DNA of 64,000 nt, taken from an uncultured Gammaproteobacteria bacterium. GTDB taxonomy: Bacteria > Patescibacteriota > Microgenomatia > UBA8517. Below the pieces are notes generated by a model. The model was not told where the DNA came from and did not search any database. It saw only the letters and a program-made list of their open reading frames with translations. A program made the translations under genes and the position numbers. The stretch spans positions 2,996 through 66,995 of the forward strand of contig CAZOUV010000004.1 in NCBI GenBank assembly GCA_964583105.1, written 5' to 3'. Of this stretch, positions 17,484 through 26,577 are shown piece after piece (within the stretch, counting starts at the first letter, position 1; every line of letters starts with the position of its first letter).

Positions 17484-18907
17484 ACTTTTTCTACCTCCGT
17501 TTCGGTTATTTCTTTGATTTCCTTAGGCTCTTCGGACACTAGGGACGCTTTTACAATCGTCTGTCGGTTCTTGTTAGGATTTGTGTATTCCAATCCATAT
17601 TGTTCTGCTAAGGATTCAATTAAGTCCGGATCAAATTCAATTCCCCTTTTACTTCTATCGGCATTTCTAATCATCTTGAAACCAAGTCCCCTTAGCTCTG
17701 ATCCAATTTTGTCTAGGCCATACCAAAACTTTTCTGCTCTTTCTAAATTTATTTGTGTTGTTATGTCTTGAGTCGATAAAAAGTTAGTATTTGCAATAAC
17801 ACTTCCTTGTAATGCAACAACCGCATTTAATAGTTTTGACTCAAGGGTTGATCCAGCTTCGTCTTTCTTTTGCGTTCTCGCATAGGCTCTAAAGTTAATA
17901 AAGTTCTTTTCATAATCAGGGAATAGTGTTCTTATCATCTGGTGGTATCCTCTTAAGTAGTTTTCGAGTTTTCCTGCTCTATCTTTGGTTAAGCCTATAA
18001 AGGAAGTATTAAAGTGAGCCATTCTAAAAGCGGTAAGCTTTTCTTTATAAGGAAGCCCTAATTCTGGTGTCGCTTCTACGTTAAATACTTTCTTGCTAAA
18101 GGGCATATTGAAAACAATGCATCTTGCTTCTGTTATTGCATCAACCATTACATTTGAAGTAGCTGCGGTAAGTCCAAATACTGAAAAATCCACCATATCC
18201 TTAAAAGCTCCTCTTTCCGGGTAAAGTACTCTCGAAGAGACAACTCCTCTTTCTGCTCGTCCAAAGATGAGATCTTCTGAATTACTTTTTTCTACCTTTA
18301 GTGGAAAGTTTCTAACATCAAAGAATAGCGAAGCTTCGTAATCACTTGCCCACCTAATAATATTTGGTTCTCTAAAGGTTTCTGTAAAGACTCCTCTTCT
18401 ACTTATGTACGCTAAAGCTTTAAGTGTTGGAGTTTTACCCCGGTCTTTTGTCGCAACCAAGAAAAGAATCGGAGAAAAGTTAAACTTCTCTATTAAGTGG
18501 GAATGAAAAGCAGTCCAAACCAAATAGTCATAATGAAGTTCTGTTGGCAAATCACTAAATTGCTTAAAGTAAGCTATTAACTCCGGATAAAGAGTTTTAT
18601 TGCAATATTGACAGACGGTAGTAGACGCGTCCTTAGTGTCCGTAGTGGTATGCTTTTCAAGTTCTTCAAGCACATTTTCAACCCTTGGTGTAAGCCAGGA
18701 TACTTTTTCTGGAGAGAAGTACTCTTTTCCACCAACAACAACTTTTGTAGTCAATTCTTTGTCAAAAGTTAGAAACTTAATGACTCCCTTTTCGTCAACT
18801 AAATCTACCAAGCCCTTAAAGTTGCCAAGATAAAAGACTCTATCTCTTTTCTCTTGAGTTACATCTTTAGCTGCTTTTGTTAATATCTCTTTATCCTTTT
18901 TCTTCAT
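17480..18907 (-). CDS. P-loop NTPase, putative replication protein (helicase/primase-associated)
   Basis: 475 aa. Walker-A-like LVATKDRGKT and a downstream hhhhD (LFFDV) Walker-B-like motif. Translationally coupled to the primase-zinc-finger gene. Confidence 0.45.
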   Translation of the reverse strand: MKKKDKEILTKAAKDVTQEKRDRVFYLGNFKGLVDLVDEKGVIKFLTFDKELTTKVVVGGKEYFSPEKVSWLTPRVENVLEELEKHTTTDTKDASTTVCQYCNKTLYPELIAYFKQFSDLPTELHYDYLVWTAFHSHLIEKFNFSPILFLVATKDRGKTPTLKALAYISRRGVFTETFREPNIIRWASDYEASLFFDVRNFPLKVEKSNSEDLIFGRAERGVVSSRVLYPERGAFKDMVDFSVFGLTAATSNVMVDAITEARCIVFNMPFSKKVFNVEATPELGLPYKEKLTAFRMAHFNTSFIGLTKDRAGKLENYLRGYHQMIRTLFPDYEKNFINFRAYARTQKKDEAGSTLESKLLNAVVALQGSVIANTNFLSTQDITTQINLERAEKFWYGLDKIGSELRGLGFKMIRNADRSKRGIEFDPDLIESLAEQYGLEYTNPNKNRQTIVKASLVSEEPKEIKEITETEVEKV

Positions 18908-19536
18908 ATCTGCAGTTTTCTAACTATTTCCATAAAACTCATATCTGGATTCAGTTTTTGCATATAGTCAATGCTGTTAAATCCGTGTTGGCCGCAACCA
19001 AAACAGTGAAAACTATTATCTTCATAGATATAGAAGCTGGGATTTTTCTCTCCGTGGAAGGGGCAGGGCGCTCTAAACTTATTGCCACACTGTTTCGCAT
19101 CCTCTAATAAGTACTGAATAGGATATTCTCTTGCCTGTTGTACTAATTTATCATTAAGGTGTTTTACTTCTGGCTCATAACCCGACAATCTTAACCAATA
19201 CTTTAACCAGTTTTTGAAGTTATTTTCGTACTCTTGAAGAGAATATGCTAAAACCTTTTTGTGTAGATCACTAGTTAGATTACTATTCTTAAACTCCTTT
19301 AAGTATTTCTCCTTGTTTTTATACAATTCCTTTATTTTGGTAACAGCAACATCTTCAACGCATTTTTTGAACTCTGGCTCAACTTCAGAACTGTATGGGG
19401 GATTTGTTTGATTGAATTTGCAACTCTTGTTTAGTGGATAGTTAGTGTAATCGATAGCATTTGAAGGTTGGTTTTTAATAAACTTTTCAAATTTTAAATT
19501 ATCTTTTTCTGTCCAACAGTTTCTTAAATTATTCAT
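18904..19536 (-). CDS. protein with C-terminal DnaG-type CHC2 primase zinc finger
   Basis: CPFHGEKNPSFYIYEDNSFHCFGCGQHGFNSIDYM matches the DnaG zinc-binding domain (CPFHxEKTPSF...FHCFGCG). Confidence 0.55.
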   Translation of the reverse strand: MNNLRNCWTEKDNLKFEKFIKNQPSNAIDYTNYPLNKSCKFNQTNPPYSSEVEPEFKKCVEDVAVTKIKELYKNKEKYLKEFKNSNLTSDLHKKVLAYSLQEYENNFKNWLKYWLRLSGYEPEVKHLNDKLVQQAREYPIQYLLEDAKQCGNKFRAPCPFHGEKNPSFYIYEDNSFHCFGCGQHGFNSIDYMQKLNPDMSFMEIVRKLQI

Positions 19537-19547
19537 GTAAATCTTTC

Positions 19548-19805
19548 TTATTTATTCTTTATTTCAAAAACCTTATTTCGGAATGTTTCCACGGCATCTA
19601 GTAAATCTTTTGGTTGAACTAGAGGAGCCTTTCTGCTCATGAAGTCATTAACTAATTGTTGACACGTATCAAAGGGGGAGAATCTGAAATATACCGTTTG
19701 TTCAACAGTTTTCGTACCAAGATATTCGATTCCTGGTTGGGTTAAAAGGAACGGGGCGACTTGTTTATCTTTACTTTCGTATATATTTTCCATTTTGTTT
19801 TCCAT
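19548..19805 (-). CDS. hypothetical protein
   Basis: 85-aa ORF. Confidence 0.25.
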   Translation of the reverse strand: MENKMENIYESKDKQVAPFLLTQPGIEYLGTKTVEQTVYFRFSPFDTCQQLVNDFMSRKAPLVQPKDLLDAVETFRNKVFEIKNK

Positions 19806-19999
19806 CTTTTATTTGTTCCATAAACTCCTTAATTTTCATTTGTTTGACACGATCAAACATCCTTTCGATTGCATCTGGCAATAAATCGGCGACCTTCTGA
19901 AAATCTGAGTTTGATTTCATGCTCCAATTGTCTTACCCAATGTGGGGAGCTGTAAAGATACCTAATGGGGATAAGACCTATCTGAAATGGGGACTTCCA

Positions 20000-20776
20000 C
20001 TATGGATTTTGGGGAAATGAGGAATATATTTGGTTATCTATAAAAATTCCAAACCCTTTTCGTTGAATACAAACCAGACCATTTGCCAAAAAACTATTTA
20101 ATTCAATTTTTTCTCTTATTTCTTTAAAAAGTTTTTTGGACGCCTCTTTTTGGGGCGCAGTTCCTTTAAAGTTTTTAAGGTCTCTCGGTAGATTGTAAAA
20201 ATCTTCATTTGTAACCCTGCTGTTTAGATTTTTTATCAGTAGATCCGCAGCTTTTAGTTGATATTCTCCTTCAAATTTAACCGAACTACCTAAAAAATTT
20301 AAAATTCCATTTTTAATGTCAAATTTCGGTAGGTAAAAGTTGAACCAATTTATAAAATCTACAAGCCTTTTTACATCAACCAGGCAGGCATAAAGTCCTC
20401 CTGGTTGTGGGCCAAAATCCCAATAATCCCTGTTGTACTTAATATAATAATTTGCTGTTTCGTCAGGTTCAAAATATGTTAATTGAATCGCCCTATTTGT
20501 TATTTGATCGTGCTTCGCATCCTTTGTTGTGCATGAGGTGCGTTTTGTAAACCACCGATTTTCTATTTTTTCAACAATTACTCCATTTTCAGAAAGTAAT
20601 CTCGGAACATTATCGTAGGAGTACCCAAAAGACCACGGAATTTCTTTAATGCTCGGATAATTAAAAGTTTTAATATCGCTTTTCGCTATATTTGCTATTG
20701 TATATTTATCCCCCCTTAAGATTGATTGGAAAATATTTTGAGCCACCAAGTAGGCGTCGTATTCAACGTTTTTCAT
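20000..20776 (-). CDS. hypothetical protein
   Basis: 258 aa, aromatic-rich; no motif recognised. Last minus-strand gene of the island block. Confidence 0.4.
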   Translation of the reverse strand: MKNVEYDAYLVAQNIFQSILRGDKYTIANIAKSDIKTFNYPSIKEIPWSFGYSYDNVPRLLSENGVIVEKIENRWFTKRTSCTTKDAKHDQITNRAIQLTYFEPDETANYYIKYNRDYWDFGPQPGGLYACLVDVKRLVDFINWFNFYLPKFDIKNGILNFLGSSVKFEGEYQLKAADLLIKNLNSRVTNEDFYNLPRDLKNFKGTAPQKEASKKLFKEIREKIELNSFLANGLVCIQRKGFGIFIDNQIYSSFPQNP

Positions 20777-20892
20777 ATTCCATTTAAATACCCGTTTATC
20801 ACGGGCATTTTATACCTGTATTTTACCACTAATGATTTCAAATTTCTTAGATTTTTCCGATAAAGTGGAGTAAAATCGGCTTACTAGCTCAA

Positions 20893-21213
20893 ATGGAAGA
20901 CGAAAACAACGATTCGATTAAGGCAATTCTCTGGATCGCAGGAATTATATTTTTTGTGTGGCTTATTTTCTCTTCTGACAACAGTTCTAAACCCGAACGA
21001 ATAACTGAAGATTTTGAAAATGGTAATTCAATTGATATGGAGGTTGACCGTTCAATAACAAGCGATAATTGGGAATGTACAAGTAATTGCTCTGGGCATG
21101 ATGCAGGTTATGAATGGGCAGAAGAAAACGGAATTACTGATGCAAGTGATTGTGGCGGAAAATCAGAGTCCTTTATTGAGGGTTGTGAAGCTTACGCTAA
21201 CGAGAATTATTAA
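20893..21213 (+). CDS. membrane-anchored small Cys-rich protein
   Basis: N-terminal TM helix (ILWIAGIIFFVWLIF) then a Cys-rich ectodomain (CTSNCSGHDAGYEWAEENGITDASDCGG...GCEAY). Confidence 0.4.
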   Translation: MEDENNDSIKAILWIAGIIFFVWLIFSSDNSSKPERITEDFENGNSIDMEVDRSITSDNWECTSNCSGHDAGYEWAEENGITDASDCGGKSESFIEGCEAYANENY

Positions 21214-21216
21214 AGA

Positions 21217-21453
21217 TTATCTCCACCAGTTAATTGTACCCGTTCTTCCTGTATATGGGTTGTAGTTTCCTTTTGAACTATAATTATCAAACTTATATCT
21301 ATTTGGGCTAGTTCTATAATAGGAATTAACGTAAGTTCCACTCCTTGTGGTATATCCTCTTACACGAATAGTCCTTGCTTCAATAAATGAGGTTGATGCT
21401 GTAAGTAAAGTTATAGCTATTGCCAAAGAAAGAAGAAATTTCTTTATCATCAA
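21217..21453 (-). CDS. secreted Tyr/Arg-rich small protein
   Basis: Signal peptide (MMIKKFLLSLAIAITLLTASTSFIEA) then Y/R/T/N-rich repeats. Confidence 0.4.
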   Translation of the reverse strand: MMIKKFLLSLAIAITLLTASTSFIEARTIRVRGYTTRSGTYVNSYYRTSPNRYKFDNYSSKGNYNPYTGRTGTINWWR

Positions 21454-21544
21454 TTAAGTATAACAGCTCCTGTCAATAATTTCTTAGATTTTTCTGGAAA
21501 AAGGGTGTAAAATTTGGCTAGTAAGTTGTTTATAAATATGTAAT

Positions 21545-21847
21545 ATGAATATTAAATGGCCTTCAATTATTTCTGGGGTCCTTCTGCTCTTAGGAATATT
21601 GAATATTTGGCCATACGACTATTACACAATCCTCAGATGGGTTGTTTGCGGAGTAGCCATTTTCAACGCAATTGGGTTCTCAAAATCACAATTAACAGGT
21701 TGGGTGCTCGTTTTTGTAGCTTTAGCTTTTCTCTTTAATCCCCTTTTCCCTGTTTACTTAAATAAAAGTTCGTGGGTGGGAATAGATCTAATCTCAGCAT
21801 TTGTTTTCTTTTTATCCGCTTATTCAATTAGACAAAAAGCGAAATGA
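21545..21847 (+). CDS. small integral membrane protein (3 predicted TM helices)
   Basis: 100 aa, almost entirely hydrophobic helices. Confidence 0.4.
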   Translation: MNIKWPSIISGVLLLLGILNIWPYDYYTILRWVVCGVAIFNAIGFSKSQLTGWVLVFVALAFLFNPLFPVYLNKSSWVGIDLISAFVFFLSAYSIRQKAK

Positions 21848-23223
21848 AAAAGTTGTTTCTATTATTGCTTGAGATAAGCTTGTCATCGCTCTGGATTCTC
21901 AATTTTTTTGCAGGAATAGTTGGTGCAATTTGGCTGCTAGCTACTGGTGGATGGGGTTTGGTAGTAATCGGCTTGTTGTATAGCTTCCTAATGCCCTGGG
22001 TTTACACTGTTGCCTCGCTACCCACATGGTTGATCGTGCCGCTAGTCGTAAAATCCGCTGAAAAGGGAAAAAGACTTACGACCGCAATATTAGGCTTTAT
22101 TCTTTCGGGATATAACAATTTTATTTTATCTATTTGGGTTATCACTATATTTGTATGGGTAGTTTCAAACACACAGTATCCAATAATTGCTGTTTTACTT
22201 TGGGGGTATTCAGTTGTAATGGGGCCCGTAGGATATATGGCAGCGAAGGAAGGCCCTGAAGCAGGAACTGGCACAACATTAGGGGTTCTTTTTACACAAA
22301 TCGCCTATTTGGTTCTAGTTGTTAATTTACTATTCGGGAACTCTACTCTTGATGGAGACATTTGGTTATGGATTCTTATATTTCTCTTCACATTATTTAC
22401 ATCCTGGATGGGTTACATGTCTGTTTCAGGTAATACACAAGAAAAACTTGGTGAACTCATTCCAATAGAACCCGAGTTAGATTCAAATAAAACTGAAGAT
22501 GCTGTCCCACTTTCTGATGAAGATATTGTTTCAGAGAAAGCCAATCTCGATTCTTCAGCTTACGATTTGATAGATATACTGGATAGGGATCTTATCGACG
22601 GTAAATTTAAAGAAGCTATTGTTATTTGTAACAAGATACTTAAGAAGGACCCCAAGAACATTCATGCGACATTTAATTTAGGCTTTTGTTATCAAAGACT
22701 GAAGCAACACAAAAAAGCCATAGGCTATTTTAACAAAACATTAAAGCTAGATGAAAACCATTTAATAGCCATGTCAAACAAAGCCATATCTCTCGGAGAA
22801 TTGGGAGAACTTAAAGACGCTAATTTACTATATAAAAGCCTGCTCAAACGGGCTATTTCAAATGGCAATAAGTCGGTTGCGATGTTTGCCAGCTATAACC
22901 TTAATAATTTTGGACAAAGTCTAGATTTGGCTGATGATTTGTTATCCGAAAACTCAGACGATCTAGACGCCTTATTTTATAAGTCCTTAGCACTGAAAGA
23001 TTTGCAACGATACAAAGAATCAATGACAACAGCCTACCACTTGCTAACCCTACAACCAGAAAACATTTTTGCTATGGGTTTAATTGGAGATATTTACTAT
23101 CAAATCAAGAAATATCAAGAGTCTATAGATATATTTAATGAATTGCTAAAAATAAACCCGAATGATCCTAACGCCACGAGAGGTATAAAGCAAGCAGAAC
23201 TGGAATTATTAAAAACAAATTAA
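21844..23223 (+). CDS. polytopic membrane protein with C-terminal TPR repeats
   Basis: N-terminal ~200 aa with ~6 hydrophobic helices. C-terminal ~230 aa with TPR-like 34-residue repeats (e.g. ...FNLGFCYQRLKQHKKAIGYFNKTLKLDENH...). Confidence 0.5.
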   Translation: MKKLFLLLLEISLSSLWILNFFAGIVGAIWLLATGGWGLVVIGLLYSFLMPWVYTVASLPTWLIVPLVVKSAEKGKRLTTAILGFILSGYNNFILSIWVITIFVWVVSNTQYPIIAVLLWGYSVVMGPVGYMAAKEGPEAGTGTTLGVLFTQIAYLVLVVNLLFGNSTLDGDIWLWILIFLFTLFTSWMGYMSVSGNTQEKLGELIPIEPELDSNKTEDAVPLSDEDIVSEKANLDSSAYDLIDILDRDLIDGKFKEAIVICNKILKKDPKNIHATFNLGFCYQRLKQHKKAIGYFNKTLKLDENHLIAMSNKAISLGELGELKDANLLYKSLLKRAISNGNKSVAMFASYNLNNFGQSLDLADDLLSENSDDLDALFYKSLALKDLQRYKESMTTAYHLLTLQPENIFAMGLIGDIYYQIKKYQESIDIFNELLKINPNDPNATRGIKQAELELLKTN

Positions 23224-23231
23224 GGATTTTT

Positions 23232-23477
23232 ATGAAACTTAAATCAATGCTCTCAATTCTGGTTAGCTTAATAATTCTTTACTTTGTGATTAGTTTTTCT
23301 TGGAGTTTGTTAAATACACAGACTTGCAGTGTTGGTGATTTGCCAAAAAATGCAACTTGCCAACAAATTGCCGAAAATAATTCAAAATATTGCAAGTATG
23401 TAATACTAAAATGGAAGAAGGTTGACTACAATGCAGAACTAAAAAAATGTCAGCAGTGGGAAGCAAACAACAAATGA
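23232..23477 (+). CDS. secreted/membrane small Cys-containing protein
   Basis: 81 aa with an N-terminal hydrophobic segment and 4 Cys. Confidence 0.3.
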   Translation: MKLKSMLSILVSLIILYFVISFSWSLLNTQTCSVGDLPKNATCQQIAENNSKYCKYVILKWKKVDYNAELKKCQQWEANNK

Positions 23478-23959
23478 ACAATAAAAACATTTTAGTGGTA
23501 ATTGGGATAGTGATCATATTGATGTTAGGATATTTAATTTTCCAAGATGATATTTCTTGGTATTCAAAAAGAAATGAGATATTAAAAAAAGCTAATATAT
23601 ATAACATCCCCGATGTTGCAGTTAAATGTTACGACTTCATTACAGACAAAAGTGATGATCCCGTGCCAAGTCAAGACTGCACTAATGAATATAATAAATG
23701 GTTACCAAAAACAGAGGAGTGGAAAAATCTTATTAAAACAAAGAAAGATATTAACTGTGGAGACTTTTACGACCCAAAAGATGCAAAATATTTTTACCAT
23801 TATATAAGTGGAGAACTATCTAGTGATTTTTATAAATACAACACCACACCTTCTCCAAAAAGTTTTTCCTGGAGGTCATCGGGAGACTTACATTGTACAT
23901 ATGATTCCTACGGCCTAGATACTAATCACGATTGCAATGCCTGTGAGAACTATCAGTAA
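23447..23959 (+). CDS. membrane-anchored Cys-rich protein
   Basis: N-terminal TM helix (ILVVIGIVIILMLGYLIF), then a 140-aa domain with 8 Cys and Tyr/Asp-rich stretches. Confidence 0.4.
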   Translation: MSAVGSKQQMNNKNILVVIGIVIILMLGYLIFQDDISWYSKRNEILKKANIYNIPDVAVKCYDFITDKSDDPVPSQDCTNEYNKWLPKTEEWKNLIKTKKDINCGDFYDPKDAKYFYHYISGELSSDFYKYNTTPSPKSFSWRSSGDLHCTYDSYGLDTNHDCNACENYQ

Positions 23960-24019
23960 ACAGATAAACAATTTTGCAAAGACGCATATTAGTTTAATAG
24001 CTAAGAAAAAGAAAAGTAT

Positions 24020-24697
24020 ATGATTTTAATTAAAAACACATCACTAATTGAGTACGATGATTTACTTGAGAAAGCTATAAAAATCTGCGTCCAATATGAC
24101 GCAGTTTCTCCAAGTCTGTTTCAAAGGAGATTGGAAGTGGGTTATGCTCGTGCGTCTCGATTAATTGATCAGTTAGAATTTGCAGGAATATTAGAATCAT
24201 CAAGGGGCAATAATTTACCTAGAAAGGTTCTTACATTTAAGAATAACAAGACGACCAAAAAGTCACCATTTTTTAAAGAAGGATCGGAAGGGTATCTAAT
24301 GAGTTGCGCACAACTAATTAAATATACTCTTGAAGCTCATGGTATTTGGGTAAGGGTTAACTCAATTGAAATTACATCGCAAAACATATGCTTTTATATG
24401 GAAGTTGCTCTTGGAACAATAATTAATAAGATTTTGAAATTAAAGAAGGAACTAGCTCTATCTCTTGCCTCACCTACCGGAAATATAATTATTGCAGCCC
24501 CATTTAAAGGAACTTCTTTAGTAGCTCTATACTTGCCTACTAAAAATAATTTAAGAAAAGCAAGCTATCGTGTTATTAATGAAGAATTTGTAATAAAACC
24601 TCCACAATACCCATATTTATATGCAATAAAAACCTTTTTCCAAAGATTCTTCTTACGAATATCAAATTATTTTTACGATCTTGCATATAAGATATAG
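24020..24697 (+). CDS. orphan FtsK-like protein: FtsK gamma (winged-helix) domain followed by an FtsK alpha-like domain, no ATPase
   Basis: Residues ~25-70 VSPSLFQRRLEVGYARASRLIDQLEFAGILESSRGNNLPRKVL match the FtsK/SpoIIIE gamma-domain consensus (SLLQRRLRIGYNRAARLIDQLE..GIV...GSKPREVL). The C-terminal LEAHGIWVRVNSIEI...FYMEVALGT...LAL.LA...IIAAPFKGTSLVALYLP resembles the FtsK alpha domain. Confidence 0.5.
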   Translation: MILIKNTSLIEYDDLLEKAIKICVQYDAVSPSLFQRRLEVGYARASRLIDQLEFAGILESSRGNNLPRKVLTFKNNKTTKKSPFFKEGSEGYLMSCAQLIKYTLEAHGIWVRVNSIEITSQNICFYMEVALGTIINKILKLKKELALSLASPTGNIIIAAPFKGTSLVALYLPTKNNLRKASYRVINEEFVIKPPQYPYLYAIKTFFQRFFLRISNYFYDLAYKI

Positions 24698-24905
24698 CTT
24701 TAAAAGTGTCCATGATTTCTCCTAAACTTATTCAAGAGTTTAAACAAATATATAAAGAAGAAATGAATGAAGACTTAACTGATCAAGAAGCATTTGAATC
24801 GGCACAAAATCTTCTTAACTTCTTTGAGTTGCTAATTAAAATTGATTTAAGAAACAGGATAAAATAGTATACTGGTTGTGCGAGGTTCATAACTCTGGAT
24901 ATAAC

Positions 24906-25334
24906 TTATTGACTTATTACCTTTCCTTCTATTGGGTCAATTGTTAGTTCGTATGTTGGTAAATACCCTGCGTGATCATGTTGATTATTCGAAATAACCA
25001 CAAGCATTTTTTCATCTTTCTGCCCCTTTTTTACTGTTGCCGATATAAAACTTGAATTTGCCGTTCCTTGTTCAAACATTTTTGGATATTCGTTTCTTGA
25101 GATGCTGAAAGAAGAAAATGGAACAGTTACATTTTCAAAAGGTTCAATATAAATTTCATCATTTAGAACAAGAATATCCAAGATACCTTGGTTCGTGTCA
25201 AGTGAAATCAAGGTATCTAATTGGGTATTCGAAATTAGGTTGGTATCTATGGCGAAATGTGATTTAGCTACACCAAAGCCCAACAAAGCTCCTATAAACA
25301 GTATTAATATTCCGAAGATAACTTTTTTCAGCAT
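24906..25334 (-). CDS. membrane-anchored extracytoplasmic protein
   Basis: N-terminal TM/signal anchor (VIFGILILFIGALLGFGVA), 142 aa. Confidence 0.35.
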   Translation of the reverse strand: MLKKVIFGILILFIGALLGFGVAKSHFAIDTNLISNTQLDTLISLDTNQGILDILVLNDEIYIEPFENVTVPFSSFSISRNEYPKMFEQGTANSSFISATVKKGQKDEKMLVVISNNQHDHAGYLPTYELTIDPIEGKVISQ

Positions 25335-25383
25335 AATGTTATTTTACACCTAAAATTGATAGTGGATTGCAATGGTGGGAGCA

Positions 25384-26112
25384 CTATTTATTTAAAGGGT
25401 AGCTCAATGTCACTAAATTGTGATCACAGGCATGACAGTTATCGTCAGCGTAAAAAATAAGATCAATATTATTTGTTACACTACTGTAAGACGCTCCCTG
25501 GGAAAGAATTGATTTTGTTGTTTCATTGCTGTTTAATTTATTGCAAATATTAATATCTTGTTCGATTGAGCTCATATAAACGTTTATTTTAGGATTATCT
25601 GCAACATTGCCATCGTAAAAATTAGTTAATAAAAAGCCATTTTTTGTATCGTATTTAATATAAATAGGATAACTTCCCCAATAATTTGCTCCTATTTTGG
25701 TAAGTGAAATAAAAATACCTGATAAATCTGATGTGTAATTATCCCCTACTAATATTGGTATAACATCCATACTAAAATAAAATCCTTCAGAGTCTGGAAT
25801 ATCTGGAACAAAACTGTAAACTTTTTTATATAAATTACCTACATCTTTATAAATATCAAGGCGAGGTAATGTAAGATGATCACCATCTAAAACAACGATT
25901 GTAACATTTGAATATATCCCATTCTTTTCAGCGACCTCAAAGGTTTTTGTATAACTAATCTTTAGGTTTGTACCTGTATCAATAATCAATTGTTTTGTTT
26001 TTGAAAATTGAATTTTTTCTAGGACGAAGTGAAAAACCAAATAACCAAACATAATCAAGGCGATTATTATTAAAAATAATATGAATTTTCTTTTTATAAT
26101 GGTCTTAAACAC
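25384..26112 (-). CDS. membrane-anchored extracytoplasmic protein
   Basis: N-terminal TM helix (FILFLIIIALIMFGYLVFHFV); 242 aa, Tyr/Asn-rich, C-terminal CHACDHN. Confidence 0.4.
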   Translation of the reverse strand: MFKTIIKRKFILFLIIIALIMFGYLVFHFVLEKIQFSKTKQLIIDTGTNLKISYTKTFEVAEKNGIYSNVTIVVLDGDHLTLPRLDIYKDVGNLYKKVYSFVPDIPDSEGFYFSMDVIPILVGDNYTSDLSGIFISLTKIGANYWGSYPIYIKYDTKNGFLLTNFYDGNVADNPKINVYMSSIEQDINICNKLNSNETTKSILSQGASYSSVTNNIDLIFYADDNCHACDHNLVTLSYPLNK

Positions 26113-26218
26113 CTTTACAATTAAATTGATTATACACCGAACATTTTTCTAAGGTGCCTATAATGAGTTATTTTCTTTCTTGTTGTATGGTGAGTTGAAG
26201 TGAGGGTATAATGAACGC

Positions 26219-26458
26219 ATGAATGATAGACAGGCGCAAAAAGTAGGATTTTGGAAATGGATGTCTTCTAAAAAATTAGGTATTATTTTATTTTGGATTT
26301 TCGTCTTAATAACATCCACACTTAACCAGACAGACGTATTTTCAACAAATCCTTTAAGTTTAATAATAAATGCAATGTATGGAACATTGGGTTATATTAT
26401 TTTTATTCTCCTGACATTCACAGCATGGTTTTATTTGGTAACGAATAGACGACCCTAA
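26219..26458 (+). CDS. small membrane protein (2 TM)
   Basis: 79 aa with two hydrophobic helices. Confidence 0.3.
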   Translation: MNDRQAQKVGFWKWMSSKKLGIILFWIFVLITSTLNQTDVFSTNPLSLIINAMYGTLGYIIFILLTFTAWFYLVTNRRP

Positions 26459-26577
26459 GGTCGAAAGAGTCGTTTAAATACCCCACCTTCTTACTTTCGT
26501 TTTGTTTATTGTATGCCATTCTGTGGCAATTTCTACAAGCCAAAATAGTAGAATTTGGTGGAAAATATAATAGGCAT

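Larger units (their letters stand above)
13747..20850 (-). mobile_element. integrated element at tRNA-His: large serine recombinase plus replication module (P-loop protein, primase zinc-finger protein) and small hypotheticals; right boundary approximate
   Basis: Starts exactly at the 3' end of tRNA-His. All ~13 ORFs are on the minus strand. A serine-recombinase gene abuts the tRNA. Phage/plasmid-type replication genes are present and no housekeeping genes. No att direct repeat was found by eye, which is acceptable for serine recombinases. Confidence 0.45.
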
